NCBI GenBank assembly: GCA_039807035.1
Contig: JBDHQL010000001.1
Span: forward strand, 1 to 44,061
Source of the DNA: Chthoniobacterales bacterium
GTDB taxonomy: Bacteria > Verrucomicrobiota > Verrucomicrobiia > Chthoniobacterales > JACTMZ01
Length of the DNA: 44,061 bases
Direction of reading: 5' to 3'
The notes under the pieces were generated by a model, which made no database searches, was not told the DNA's origin, and was given only the letters and a program-made list of their open reading frames with translations. Each line of letters opens with the position of its first letter. Position 1 is the stretch's first letter. The translations under genes and the position numbers were made by a program. Below are positions 8,363 to 16,485 of this stretch, piece after piece.

Positions 8363-9112
8363 ATGAGCAAAAAATTTGCGGGGCAGATAGCGATTGTGAC
8401 CGGAGCAGGGCGTGGTATTGGCGAGGCAATTGCTCGCACTTTCGCGGAAGAAGGGGCGAAGGTTGCCGTGGTGAGTCGCACGGAGGCGAATGCCGCGAAA
8501 ACAGCAGAAGCCATTAATGCTTCGTATCCCGACGCGGCGAAGGCTTATGCGGTGGATGTTGCCGATTTTGCCGCAGTGCAGACATTGGCCGAAACGATTC
8601 TGAAGGATTTTGGAAAAGTGGACATTCTCGTGAATAATGCCGGCGTGACGCGGGATGGATTGAGTATGCGGATGAGTTCGGAAGATTGGGATGTTGTGGT
8701 GGATACGAATTTGAAGGGCGCCTTTAATTTTATCCGCGCCGTGCAACGTCCGATGGCGAAGCAGCGCAGCGGTCGCATCATCAACATCAGCTCGGTCAGC
8801 GGTATTATGGGCAATGCCGGCCAAGCAAACTATGCGGCGAGCAAGGCGGGCCTCATTGGCCTTACTAAAACGGTCGCTCGCGAGCTTGCAGGACGTGACG
8901 TGACCGTCAATGCCGTGGCTCCGGGATTTATTCAAACAGACATGACTGCTGCCCTCCCCGAAAACATCCGGACATCCGTGGTGGCGCACATTCCTCTGGG
9001 GCGATTTGGTGCGCCGGAAGACATTGCTTCTGCTGTTGCCTACTTTGCCGGTGCGGAAGCGGGCTACATCACCGGGCAGACCTTGGTGGTGGATGGTGGG
9101 ATGGTCATGTAA
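8363..9112 (+). CDS. fabG: 3-oxoacyl-[acyl-carrier-protein] reductase
   Basis: SDR signature TGAGRGIGEAIA, NNAG, the catalytic S...YAASKAG, and the FabG-like end GQTLVVDGGMVM. I chose ATG 8363. Confidence 0.85.
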   Translation: MSKKFAGQIAIVTGAGRGIGEAIARTFAEEGAKVAVVSRTEANAAKTAEAINASYPDAAKAYAVDVADFAAVQTLAETILKDFGKVDILVNNAGVTRDGLSMRMSSEDWDVVVDTNLKGAFNFIRAVQRPMAKQRSGRIINISSVSGIMGNAGQANYAASKAGLIGLTKTVARELAGRDVTVNAVAPGFIQTDMTAALPENIRTSVVAHIPLGRFGAPEDIASAVAYFAGAEAGYITGQTLVVDGGMVM

Positions 9113-9134
9113 CGCGCACGTTGCGCCCACGCTC

Positions 9135-9614
9135 ATGCTTCTTTACCTGCTGCGTCATGCGGAAGCGGAAAATATCGCGGCTTCCGATTTTCAGCGACGG
9201 CTTACGCCCAAGGGAGAAAAGCAGGCGACGCTGCTGGGGAAATTTTGTCAGCGAGAAGGAATCATTCCCGAGTTAATTTTATCAAGCCCCGTTCTGCGTG
9301 CCCGTCAAACTGCGGAAGGCGTGTCCCGTTTTTTACCGGAAGTCCCTTGTCAGGAAGCCACGTGGGCGGCATGCGGAATGGCTCCGGCTCAGGCTTTGGA
9401 GGAATTGAGGGTTTATAAAAAATTTTCTTCCATTTTGCTTGTGGGACATCAACCGGACTTAGGCTATCTCGCTGCGGCGTTCCTTGGCATTCATCACGCT
9501 CGCGCTTTGCGTGTGCGCAAGGGATTGCTGATGGGCATTGAAACCGGCTCTATGCTTCGACTGGGCGGCGGGGAGCTGCAGTTTTTTATTCCGGTGAATT
9601 TTCTGGGGTCATGA
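9135..9614 (+). CDS. sixA: phosphohistidine phosphatase SixA-like (histidine phosphatase superfamily)
   Basis: The N-terminus LLYLLRHAEA...LTPKGEKQA...SSPVLRARQTAE carries the RHG-type motif, and the size is about 160 aa. I chose ATG 9135 because the longer ORF-track start overlaps fabG. Confidence 0.7.
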   Translation: MLLYLLRHAEAENIAASDFQRRLTPKGEKQATLLGKFCQREGIIPELILSSPVLRARQTAEGVSRFLPEVPCQEATWAACGMAPAQALEELRVYKKFSSILLVGHQPDLGYLAAAFLGIHHARALRVRKGLLMGIETGSMLRLGGGELQFFIPVNFLGS

Positions 9615-10576
9615 CGCGACGCGAGGAACGGCGGAGGGGGCGCCGCAGGGTGGGGCTCGCGGTGTTGTTATCGCTCTTGGCGCATTTGATGATTATTTTT
9701 CCCGTGGCTTGGTTTTATATCGTAGAGTCACAACCACTGCCTGAGCCACCCGAAGATATTTCCGTGACATTTGTTATCCCCCCCACGGTTTCTTCCAAGC
9801 CGCTCTACGTGAACACCACGGTACCGGAGAGTGCGAAACCGGAGCAAAAGGCGTTTGAATCCGATCGCCATACTGCGGCATCTTCTCCCGAAAAAGCGCA
9901 GGGTTCCGAGCCGGTTCCCACGCAGAAAGGACGCGAGCAGGCGGCTTTGGAAATGGAAACAACGCCTCTTGCTCTTGCTAAACCTGCCGAGGCACCGCCG
10001 GCGCCCGAAAGTCCGCCCGCACCGCCAACGCCCCCAACGCCACCCGAAAAACCACAGCCCAAAAAAGCGGAACCTCCCAAGAAAGCATCCCAAAAATCCG
10101 AAGGAATTGGTTTGCTTGCCAAGGCTGAACCTTTACGCGAGCCGCCCAAGGAAAAACAAGCCCCCCCCCCTGCGTTGCCACCACCGCGTCCGGCTTTTCA
10201 ACGTCAGGCTCGCGCCACGCGATTGCGGGGCAGCATTGATAGCGCGGGCCGCGCCTCCGTAGCATCACAATCCACATCGCTCGGGCGTTATCGCAAGGCC
10301 ATCAGCGATGCCGTTGGCTCAAGTTGGTATTACTATATCGGCTCGCGGCTCGATATGTTTAACTACGGAACCGTTACCGTTTTATTTTCCATAGACAAAA
10401 ACGGAAAGGCCCATCATCCGCGTGTGCTTTCAAATACTTCCAATGAAAGTTTTGAAATCGTCACCGTCGAGTCTATCTTAGCTGCCGAAATCCCGCCGAT
10501 TCCGCCGGACGTGTTGCCCGCGTTGGAGGGAGGGCAAATCGAAATAGATTTCAGTTTTAGCATAATTACCAATTAA
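9611..10576 (+). CDS. tonB: TonB-like energy transducer
   Basis: Basic N-terminus plus one TM segment, a long Pro/Glu/Lys-rich spacer (PPAPESPPAPPTPPTPPEKPQPKK), and a C-terminal domain of about 90 aa (YRKAISDAV...GTVTVLFSIDKNGK...IEIDFSFSI). It lies directly upstream of exbB-exbD. Confidence 0.65.
   Translation: MTRREERRRGRRRVGLAVLLSLLAHLMIIFPVAWFYIVESQPLPEPPEDISVTFVIPPTVSSKPLYVNTTVPESAKPEQKAFESDRHTAASSPEKAQGSEPVPTQKGREQAALEMETTPLALAKPAEAPPAPESPPAPPTPPTPPEKPQPKKAEPPKKASQKSEGIGLLAKAEPLREPPKEKQAPPPALPPPRPAFQRQARATRLRGSIDSAGRASVASQSTSLGRYRKAISDAVGSSWYYYIGSRLDMFNYGTVTVLFSIDKNGKAHHPRVLSNTSNESFEIVTVESILAAEIPPIPPDVLPALEGGQIEIDFSFSIITN
10161..10170 (+). repeat. C10 homopolymer inside the TonB-like coding sequence
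   Basis: Ten consecutive C residues are read directly from the sequence. They encode part of A-P-P-P-A in the proline-rich spacer. Confidence 0.95.
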
Positions 10577-10578
10577 GC

Positions 10579-11208
10579 ATGGGTGCGACATTATCAGCGA
10601 CGATAGACTTTTTTGTCCGAGGCGGATTTTTCATGGCATTGCTCCTTTTGCTCTCAGTGGGGGCGGGTGCGGTGATGATTTTGCGAGCGCGTGTTCTGCG
10701 AGAAAAATCCATCATTCCACCGGAACTGGAGGCTGCTGTGGAGAATTTGCAACCGGGAGATTCTTTGCAAAAAATTTCCGACATCGCCGCATCGGGACAT
10801 TCTCCGCTCGCTCGTATTGTTTCGGTGTGTCTCTCGCATTTGAATTGGTCGCGGCAGGAAAACATCGAAGCGGTACAAGTGCGGGCGCGTCATGAAATCG
10901 TAAAAATGGAAAGCGGGCTCGCCATTCTCGAAATGAGTACGGGTGTGGCGCCGTTGCTAGGGTTGTTGGGAACGCTTTCGGGTTTGGTTTCCATTTTCGC
11001 CAATCTCGGCGGTGGTGGTGGTGGCGATCCAGTCGCGGTGGCGCGAGGTATTTCCGAAGCTCTCAACACCACGATCGTCGGTCTTGCGGTCGCCGTCCCA
11101 AGCCTCATGGCTCATAATTATTTTCAGCGCAAAATCGAAACGATGGCGGTGGCGATGGAAGGACTCGTGGCGGATTTGCTGGCTAAGTGTTATCCCGAAC
11201 AACGCTGA
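10579..11208 (+). CDS. exbB: MotA/TolQ/ExbB proton-channel family protein
   Basis: Three-TM topology with the conserved segment LAILEMSTGVAPLLGLLGTLSGLV and a C-terminal ISEALNTTIVGLAVAVP helix. Confidence 0.85.
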   Translation: MGATLSATIDFFVRGGFFMALLLLLSVGAGAVMILRARVLREKSIIPPELEAAVENLQPGDSLQKISDIAASGHSPLARIVSVCLSHLNWSRQENIEAVQVRARHEIVKMESGLAILEMSTGVAPLLGLLGTLSGLVSIFANLGGGGGGDPVAVARGISEALNTTIVGLAVAVPSLMAHNYFQRKIETMAVAMEGLVADLLAKCYPEQR

Positions 11209-11214
11209 GGCATC

Positions 11215-11640
11215 GTGATAAGGCCATTCTACACGCGAAAACGACGCTCGCCGGTGGTTATCATCGTTTCGCTCATAGACATTCTCGCCATCCTGCTCAT
11301 TTTTTTCATCGTCACCACGACGTTTCGAAAAAACTCTCCGCAACTAAATATCGTTCTTCCCGAATCAAAATCTGCCGCACCAACGGAAGCAAAAAACGAG
11401 CCGGTTCTCCTCGAAGTTCAAAACGAAGACACGCTCCAACTCGATGGGCGCACCGTGACATTGGAGGTTCTTGCCGAGGAGCTGCGTCGTGTGAAGGACG
11501 CTCAACCCGAGCGTGGCGTTGCTTTGCAGGCGGATGAAAATGTGCCGTTTCGCGTGATCATTCGCGTGATGGACGCTCTGCGTGAAGCGGGTATTCGCAA
11601 CATTCCTGCATTGGCGCGACCGACGGAAAATGTGCCATAA
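11215..11640 (+). CDS. exbD: ExbD/TolR biopolymer transport protein
   Basis: GTG start, 141 aa. Single TM segment with the SLIDILAILLIFFIV motif, and a periplasmic domain with LQADENVPFRVIIRVMDALREAG. Confidence 0.8.
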   Translation: MIRPFYTRKRRSPVVIIVSLIDILAILLIFFIVTTTFRKNSPQLNIVLPESKSAAPTEAKNEPVLLEVQNEDTLQLDGRTVTLEVLAEELRRVKDAQPERGVALQADENVPFRVIIRVMDALREAGIRNIPALARPTENVP

Positions 11641-11646
11641 TATGTC

Positions 11647-12207
11647 ATGGAAAAAGTGAACATCACGTTGCTGGGGCATCCGGTTCTTCGTGCCAAGGCA
11701 GCACCGATTGAGGTAATTGACGACGCAGTGCGGCGTTTAGCCGAGGAGATGCTTTATACGATGGAAGAGCTGCAAGGATGCGGGTTGGCGGCGAATCAAG
11801 TGGGTGTGGCGCGGCGCATTATCGTGTTGGATACGCGTGGCGTCAAAAATCGTCCCAGCGTTTTGCGCATCGCTGGAAAATTGCGCCCGGTTCACAAACA
11901 CATGCCGATGATTTTAATCAATCCCGAATTGGAATTTGGCGCAGCGCGAGAAATTGGTTTCGAGGGATGTTTAAGTATTCCCGGAACGCAAGGTGACGTG
12001 GAACGCGCTCAATGGGTGCGCGTGCGCGGGGTGGATTTAGAGGGGCATGCTGTGGACTTTGAAGCCGAAGGCTTGCTATCCCGCGCTCTTCAACACGAGG
12101 TGGATCACCTCAATGGAATTCTTTTTATTGACCATCTTAGCGAGGAAGAACGGCGACGTGCGGTTGATGAATTTGAGCTATTGATGAAAGATACGGCGTC
12201 ACGTTGA
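11647..12207 (+). CDS. def: peptide deformylase
   Basis: All three Def motifs are present: GCGLAANQVG, EGCLSIPG and QHEVDHLNG. Confidence 0.92.
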   Translation: MEKVNITLLGHPVLRAKAAPIEVIDDAVRRLAEEMLYTMEELQGCGLAANQVGVARRIIVLDTRGVKNRPSVLRIAGKLRPVHKHMPMILINPELEFGAAREIGFEGCLSIPGTQGDVERAQWVRVRGVDLEGHAVDFEAEGLLSRALQHEVDHLNGILFIDHLSEEERRRAVDEFELLMKDTASR

Positions 12208-12220
12208 ACCCCTTATTTTT

Positions 12221-13285
12221 ATGAGCCGCCAAGTTTTGCTATCCGCTTACGAAAAGCTCGCCGCGCTGCTTGACAAACTTCCGGGCCCGCTACAGGGGCC
12301 GATCATGAAGGAGCTGGACCCGATTAAGGAAGTTTTTCTCATCCAGCGTCCGCCGCGCCTGGCCATCCTCGGCGATGCCGGTATTGAACTTCCGGCATTT
12401 GTCAATGCCCTCGCCGGGCACACAATTTTACGTGCGCCTTTGGTGCGTGGGCCGTGGGTGTCCGTGCATGGAACGGGAACGCTTGAATTGGCGGACTTGC
12501 GAGACACCGGAACCTTAAGTGGAAATCCTGCTGACTTGTTTTTATTCATTGGCACGGCATCCTCGCCACGCCTTGCAGAAGATGCACAACGTGCGGCGCA
12601 AGTACTCGCCGCAGCATCACCGCGTGAAGGCGGCGGCCCGCCCGGGCTTGTAGTTCTCGTTCTTGGTGAAAAGAACGATGTGACACCTGTGCTGGCGGCC
12701 CTTGCAGAAAATGGCGCGTCTTCTTCAGTCATTTTTTCCTCCAGCCTTTTGCGAACGGGATTGAGTCAGAACTTTTCGTCCGGCGAACGCGCCTCCTTGG
12801 GCGATCGCCTTTGCGAATATCTTCCGCCCGAAACGCAGTTGGAAATGGCGCGTTTTCTTTCGGCACGTGAAGCGCAGGCGCGTCTGGCGGGAACCATTCT
12901 CAAATCCTTCGGTGCTGTCGCCGGTATCATCGGCGTGCAACCCATTCCGCTGGCAGATTTCCCCGTGCTTCTCACCCTGCAAATGTTCATGGTGTCGCTG
13001 ATTATTTACGTGAGCGGACGAGAATTCTCGCTGAAATTAGCCGGAGAATTTGCCGCATCCTTGGGCGTGGGATTTGGTGTCGGATTGGCTTTCCGTGAAG
13101 CGGCGCGGGCAGCAGTGAAAATTTTTCCGGTGTGGGGCAATATGATCTCCGGCGCTGTGGCCGGTGCGGGAACTTACGCTCTTGGTCGTGCGGCCATCGC
13201 CTACTATATCGAAGGGAAAACGGCTTCCGAAATGCGCCGGCTTTTCCGACGCACCAAAAAATCACAACCCGCCTTGGAGGGCTGA
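12221..13285 (+). CDS. DUF697-type membrane protein with degenerate N-terminal GTPase-like domain
   Basis: The C-terminal region (PIPLADFPVLLTLQMFMVSLIIYVSG...GxxxG-rich hydrophobic segments) resembles DUF697/YcjF-like proteins. The N-terminus has a G-domain-like layout, but LAILGDAGIELPAFVNALAG replaces a GxxxxGK[ST] P-loop. Confidence 0.5.
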   Translation: MSRQVLLSAYEKLAALLDKLPGPLQGPIMKELDPIKEVFLIQRPPRLAILGDAGIELPAFVNALAGHTILRAPLVRGPWVSVHGTGTLELADLRDTGTLSGNPADLFLFIGTASSPRLAEDAQRAAQVLAAASPREGGGPPGLVVLVLGEKNDVTPVLAALAENGASSSVIFSSSLLRTGLSQNFSSGERASLGDRLCEYLPPETQLEMARFLSAREAQARLAGTILKSFGAVAGIIGVQPIPLADFPVLLTLQMFMVSLIIYVSGREFSLKLAGEFAASLGVGFGVGLAFREAARAAVKIFPVWGNMISGAVAGAGTYALGRAAIAYYIEGKTASEMRRLFRRTKKSQPALEG

Positions 13286-13288
13286 ACT

Positions 13289-14173
13289 ATGTTCCGCTCC
13301 CCACCGCGACACAACCATGTGTTCGTAGGTACGTGCGCTTGGAGCTTTGATGACTGGCGCGATGTTTTTTATCCAACGTCATTGCCCCGCAATCGTTGGC
13401 TGCAATTTTATGCGAAGCATTTTCCTGTGGTGGAAATGGACTCGAGTTTTTACCACATGCCGTCCTCGCAAACGGTGAAACATTGGAGTGAGTTGGTCGG
13501 TTCTGAATTTCGCTTTTGTCCTAAGTTGCCAAAAACTCTCAGTCACGAAAAACGTCTGGAAAATCCCGCGCCGGAAATTGCTATGATGCAGCGACTCGCC
13601 GAAGAACTAGGCCCGCATTTCGGCTGTGCCTTATTGCAGTTGCCGCCGTCATTTCACGCCGGACGCTCGGAGGAAATCGCTTTGCGGGCTTTCCTACGGG
13701 CGTGGCCTCAAGCGGTACCGCTGGCGATCGAGTTTCGCGACGAAAGTTGGGAAATGCCACGCATTGCTCGTTTGTTGAAAAGCCATGACGTGACCTTGGT
13801 GTGGGCTGACACCCTTCCTTTGGAAAAGGAAAAACATACGGTCTTTGGTTTTTTCGCTGTCACTTCCTCGCGCCTGTATATTCGCTTGCTGGGAGATTTT
13901 CGCACAAAGTACGAATCTGATGGTCGAGAAACGCATCGCTATGACCGCCTGCTTTGGCCTCGCGAGAAAGCACTCACGCATTGGGCCACCAAGCTGCGGT
14001 GCCATCGTGATGTGGAAACAATCTACATTTTGGCCAACAACCATTACGAAGGCATGGCCGTAGAAACCGCCTACCGCTTGGCTTCACACCTCGATGTGGA
14101 GCTTCCCGCAAAAGCTGCCGCTGCGCAGAAATGCGAACAACCCGATCTTTTCGAGAGTCCTGACTCCACGTAG
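13289..14173 (+). CDS. DUF72 (UPF0759) family protein
   Basis: VGTCAWSFDDWRDVFYP...WLQFYAKHFPVVEMDSSFY is the characteristic DUF72 N-terminal pattern. Length is 294 aa. Confidence 0.7.
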   Translation: MFRSPPRHNHVFVGTCAWSFDDWRDVFYPTSLPRNRWLQFYAKHFPVVEMDSSFYHMPSSQTVKHWSELVGSEFRFCPKLPKTLSHEKRLENPAPEIAMMQRLAEELGPHFGCALLQLPPSFHAGRSEEIALRAFLRAWPQAVPLAIEFRDESWEMPRIARLLKSHDVTLVWADTLPLEKEKHTVFGFFAVTSSRLYIRLLGDFRTKYESDGRETHRYDRLLWPREKALTHWATKLRCHRDVETIYILANNHYEGMAVETAYRLASHLDVELPAKAAAAQKCEQPDLFESPDST

Positions 14174-14182
14174 CCTTTTCCC

Positions 14183-15097
14183 ATGCGCCTCCTCCTCATT
14201 GATGGTCATTACTACGCTTACCGTTCGTATTTTGCCATTCGTGGACTCACAAATCCGCAGGGCGAGCCTACCAATGCGGTGTTTGGTTTTGTAAAGGCTC
14301 TTCGCAAAATGCTTGCCGATGTCAAACCCGATGCGGCTGCCGTTGTGTGGGATGCCGGCCTTCCCGAACGGCGTATGGCACTTCTCCCGTCCTACAAACA
14401 ACAACGCGCTGAAATGCCCGAGGATTTGCGCGTTCAATTTCCCGTCATCGAGGAAGCCGTCGCCGCTCTGGGCATTTGCAATGTTCGCCTTCCCGGACAC
14501 GAAGCGGATGATTTAATTGCATCTTATGCCACCGCCATGCGACGTGGTGATGCGGGAGAGGTCGTAATTGCGACCAATGATAAGGATATTTACGCCCTCG
14601 TGGAATCGGGAGTGACGATTTATTCGACAAATAAAACCGATGTAGAACAGGCGTCCGCCGGCTTTGCCTTGCTTGGAATCCCCGAAGTTGAAGCCAAATG
14701 GGGCGTTCCGCCGGAACAAATTCCCGATGTCCTCGCATTGACGGGTGATGCCGTGGACAACATCCCGGGCGTTGAGGGCATAGGCCCGAAAACAGCATCG
14801 AAATTGGTGCGTGACTACGGGCCTGTCGCTTTATTGGCGGAGAATCCTGCGTTGATAATAAACGACAAACTACGGGAAAAAATTGCCGCATCCACGGATC
14901 GCCTTCGCGCCAATCTCGAATTGGTTCGCTTGGAAACCCAACTTCCCCTTCCCGTGGCACTCGATGCCCTCGCCATTTGCCCCAATGCGGAAGCCATCAT
15001 GGAAATCGCCCGCCGCTGTGCATTTCGCAGTCTTTTCGCAGAATATCACCCTCCCCCTCTTCATGCCACCCAAGGTGATTTCTTTGCCGATCTTTGA
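14183..15097 (+). CDS. stand-alone 5'-3' exonuclease / flap endonuclease (Pol I N-terminal-domain homologue)
   Basis: MRLLLIDGHYYAYRSYFA, VVWDAG..R...YKQQR, EADD and LTGDAVDNIPGVEGIGPKTA (H3TH) are all present. At 304 aa there is no polymerase domain. Confidence 0.82.
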   Translation: MRLLLIDGHYYAYRSYFAIRGLTNPQGEPTNAVFGFVKALRKMLADVKPDAAAVVWDAGLPERRMALLPSYKQQRAEMPEDLRVQFPVIEEAVAALGICNVRLPGHEADDLIASYATAMRRGDAGEVVIATNDKDIYALVESGVTIYSTNKTDVEQASAGFALLGIPEVEAKWGVPPEQIPDVLALTGDAVDNIPGVEGIGPKTASKLVRDYGPVALLAENPALIINDKLREKIAASTDRLRANLELVRLETQLPLPVALDALAICPNAEAIMEIARRCAFRSLFAEYHPPPLHATQGDFFADL

Positions 15098-15178
15098 AAA
15101 ATTGGCTTACCTTCACAAGGACTCGCAAATAGTTTTTTGTATTGGCATCACTTATTAACCCTTAACCTATCCCCTCTC

Positions 15179-16366
15179 ATGAAAAATCTTCTCACCTTTG
15201 CTGTCGGTTTTCTTCTCTTGCATGGCAACTCAGCTTTTGCGCAGCTTTATTGGAATACCAATGGCGCAAGCAATACATGGACAGCTGCCAACTGGGGGGC
15301 GTCAACCAATGGGCCCTTCACGACGGCATGGTCTGGGAGTAGTGATGTTGTTTTTAGCGCAGCTTCCATCTTAGGTTTTGCCTCAGCTTACGTTGGTGAC
15401 ATTACGGTTAATGCTAATACGACGATTACCGCAAATAATACCCTTGCATCTAAGTCAGGTGGAAGTGTGGTGACTGTTGCCGATGGGGTGACGTTGACGT
15501 GGACATCGCAGAATCGTTCGACGACGGGTACCAATAATATTTGGACTAAAAATGGCAACGGCACTTGGAATATTGGTGCGGGAACGGCAAGTGATCCAAG
15601 TTCGGGAGCAAAGTTTACGCTAAACGCAGGAACAGTAATTGCAACGGGTGGTCGTGCTTTCGGTGGTCCCAATGCCACTCTGACGATCAACGGTGGAACA
15701 CTTCAAGGAAATTCAGGAGTTAATTTTTTGAACAAAAACATTGATTTAGGTGGGGATTTTGCTTTCACGGGAACTGGAAAATGGACATTCAGCGGTGCTG
15801 TTTCTTTAGGTTCAGCAACACGAACAATCACAAATACAGTGACGGGAAATGCTCGTGAATTAAATGGCAACATCTCTGGAACTTCAACGAACGCAGGTCT
15901 TACTTTTGCAGGGTCTGGCACAACAGTCTTGGGGGGCACCAATACCTACACCGGCAACACTACGGTGACCGCTGGAACGCTTAACCTTCATGACAACGCT
16001 CAGCTGCGGTTTTCCATCGGTGCCAGTGGCGTCAATAATCAACTCATCAACAGCGGCGGCACAATTAGCCTCGATGGGGATTTTGTTTTTGATCTCACGA
16101 TCGCGGGAACGACCGATAACGATTCGTGGACGATTGCCACCGGAACGATTGGCTACAATAGCACTTTCTCCGTGGCCAGTACGCTGGGTACTTTTACCGA
16201 CATGGGTTCCAATATTTGGGAGCGCACGGAAAATAGTAAGACCTACCGTTTTGTCGAATCCACAAGCACCCTCACTGTCATCCCCGAACCTGCCACCCTC
16301 GTGTTACTAACGCTCACCGGTGTTGGTTTTGGCGGCTACGCCTTCCGCCGCCGCCTGCGCAAATAA
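15179..16366 (+). CDS. secreted PEP-CTERM protein with autotransporter-associated beta-strand repeats
   Basis: Signal peptide MKNLLTFAVGFLLLHGNSAFA, the repeat signature GSGTTVLGGTNTYTGNTTVTAGTL, and the C-terminal sorting signal VIPEPATLVLLTLTGVGFGGYAFRRRLRK. I chose ATG 15179. Confidence 0.75.
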   Translation: MKNLLTFAVGFLLLHGNSAFAQLYWNTNGASNTWTAANWGASTNGPFTTAWSGSSDVVFSAASILGFASAYVGDITVNANTTITANNTLASKSGGSVVTVADGVTLTWTSQNRSTTGTNNIWTKNGNGTWNIGAGTASDPSSGAKFTLNAGTVIATGGRAFGGPNATLTINGGTLQGNSGVNFLNKNIDLGGDFAFTGTGKWTFSGAVSLGSATRTITNTVTGNARELNGNISGTSTNAGLTFAGSGTTVLGGTNTYTGNTTVTAGTLNLHDNAQLRFSIGASGVNNQLINSGGTISLDGDFVFDLTIAGTTDNDSWTIATGTIGYNSTFSVASTLGTFTDMGSNIWERTENSKTYRFVESTSTLTVIPEPATLVLLTLTGVGFGGYAFRRRLRK

Positions 16367-16400
16367 ACGCGTTGGCTCACTCGGGTGCCTTGTGGGTATC

Positions 16401-16417
16401 ACAGCCGCCTCGGCTGT
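16401..16417. repeat. GC-rich triloop hairpin ACAGCCG-CCT-CGGCTGT in a convergent intergenic region
   Basis: A perfect 7-bp stem is read directly from the sequence. It lies between the 3' ends of the PEP-CTERM gene (+) and corC (-). No U-tract follows on either strand. Confidence 0.5.
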
Positions 16418-16485
16418 CCTCAGCCCGCGCCCTCGTGGACTGAATGCCTTTTCCGCTACGGCTTTTCCGCTGCACTTTACGCTCG

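Noticed and set aside
8306-9136. Long antisense ORFs opposite well-supported genes (276 aa opposite fabG; also 16609..17418 opposite corC, 32189..32887 opposite ffh, 28280..28867 opposite serS, 19106..19774 opposite the ABC genes, 36654..37229 opposite ptsN)
   Set aside because: These are typical shadow ORFs of GC-rich DNA. Their composition is Arg/His/Cys-rich and low in complexity, they carry no recognisable motifs, and the sense-strand genes are unambiguous.
11007-11030. (GGT)n / GGCGGTGGTGGTGGTGGCGAT trinucleotide run in exbB
   Set aside because: It is in frame and encodes a Gly6 loop. Slippage of a triplet repeat would not shift the frame. It is short and unremarkable.
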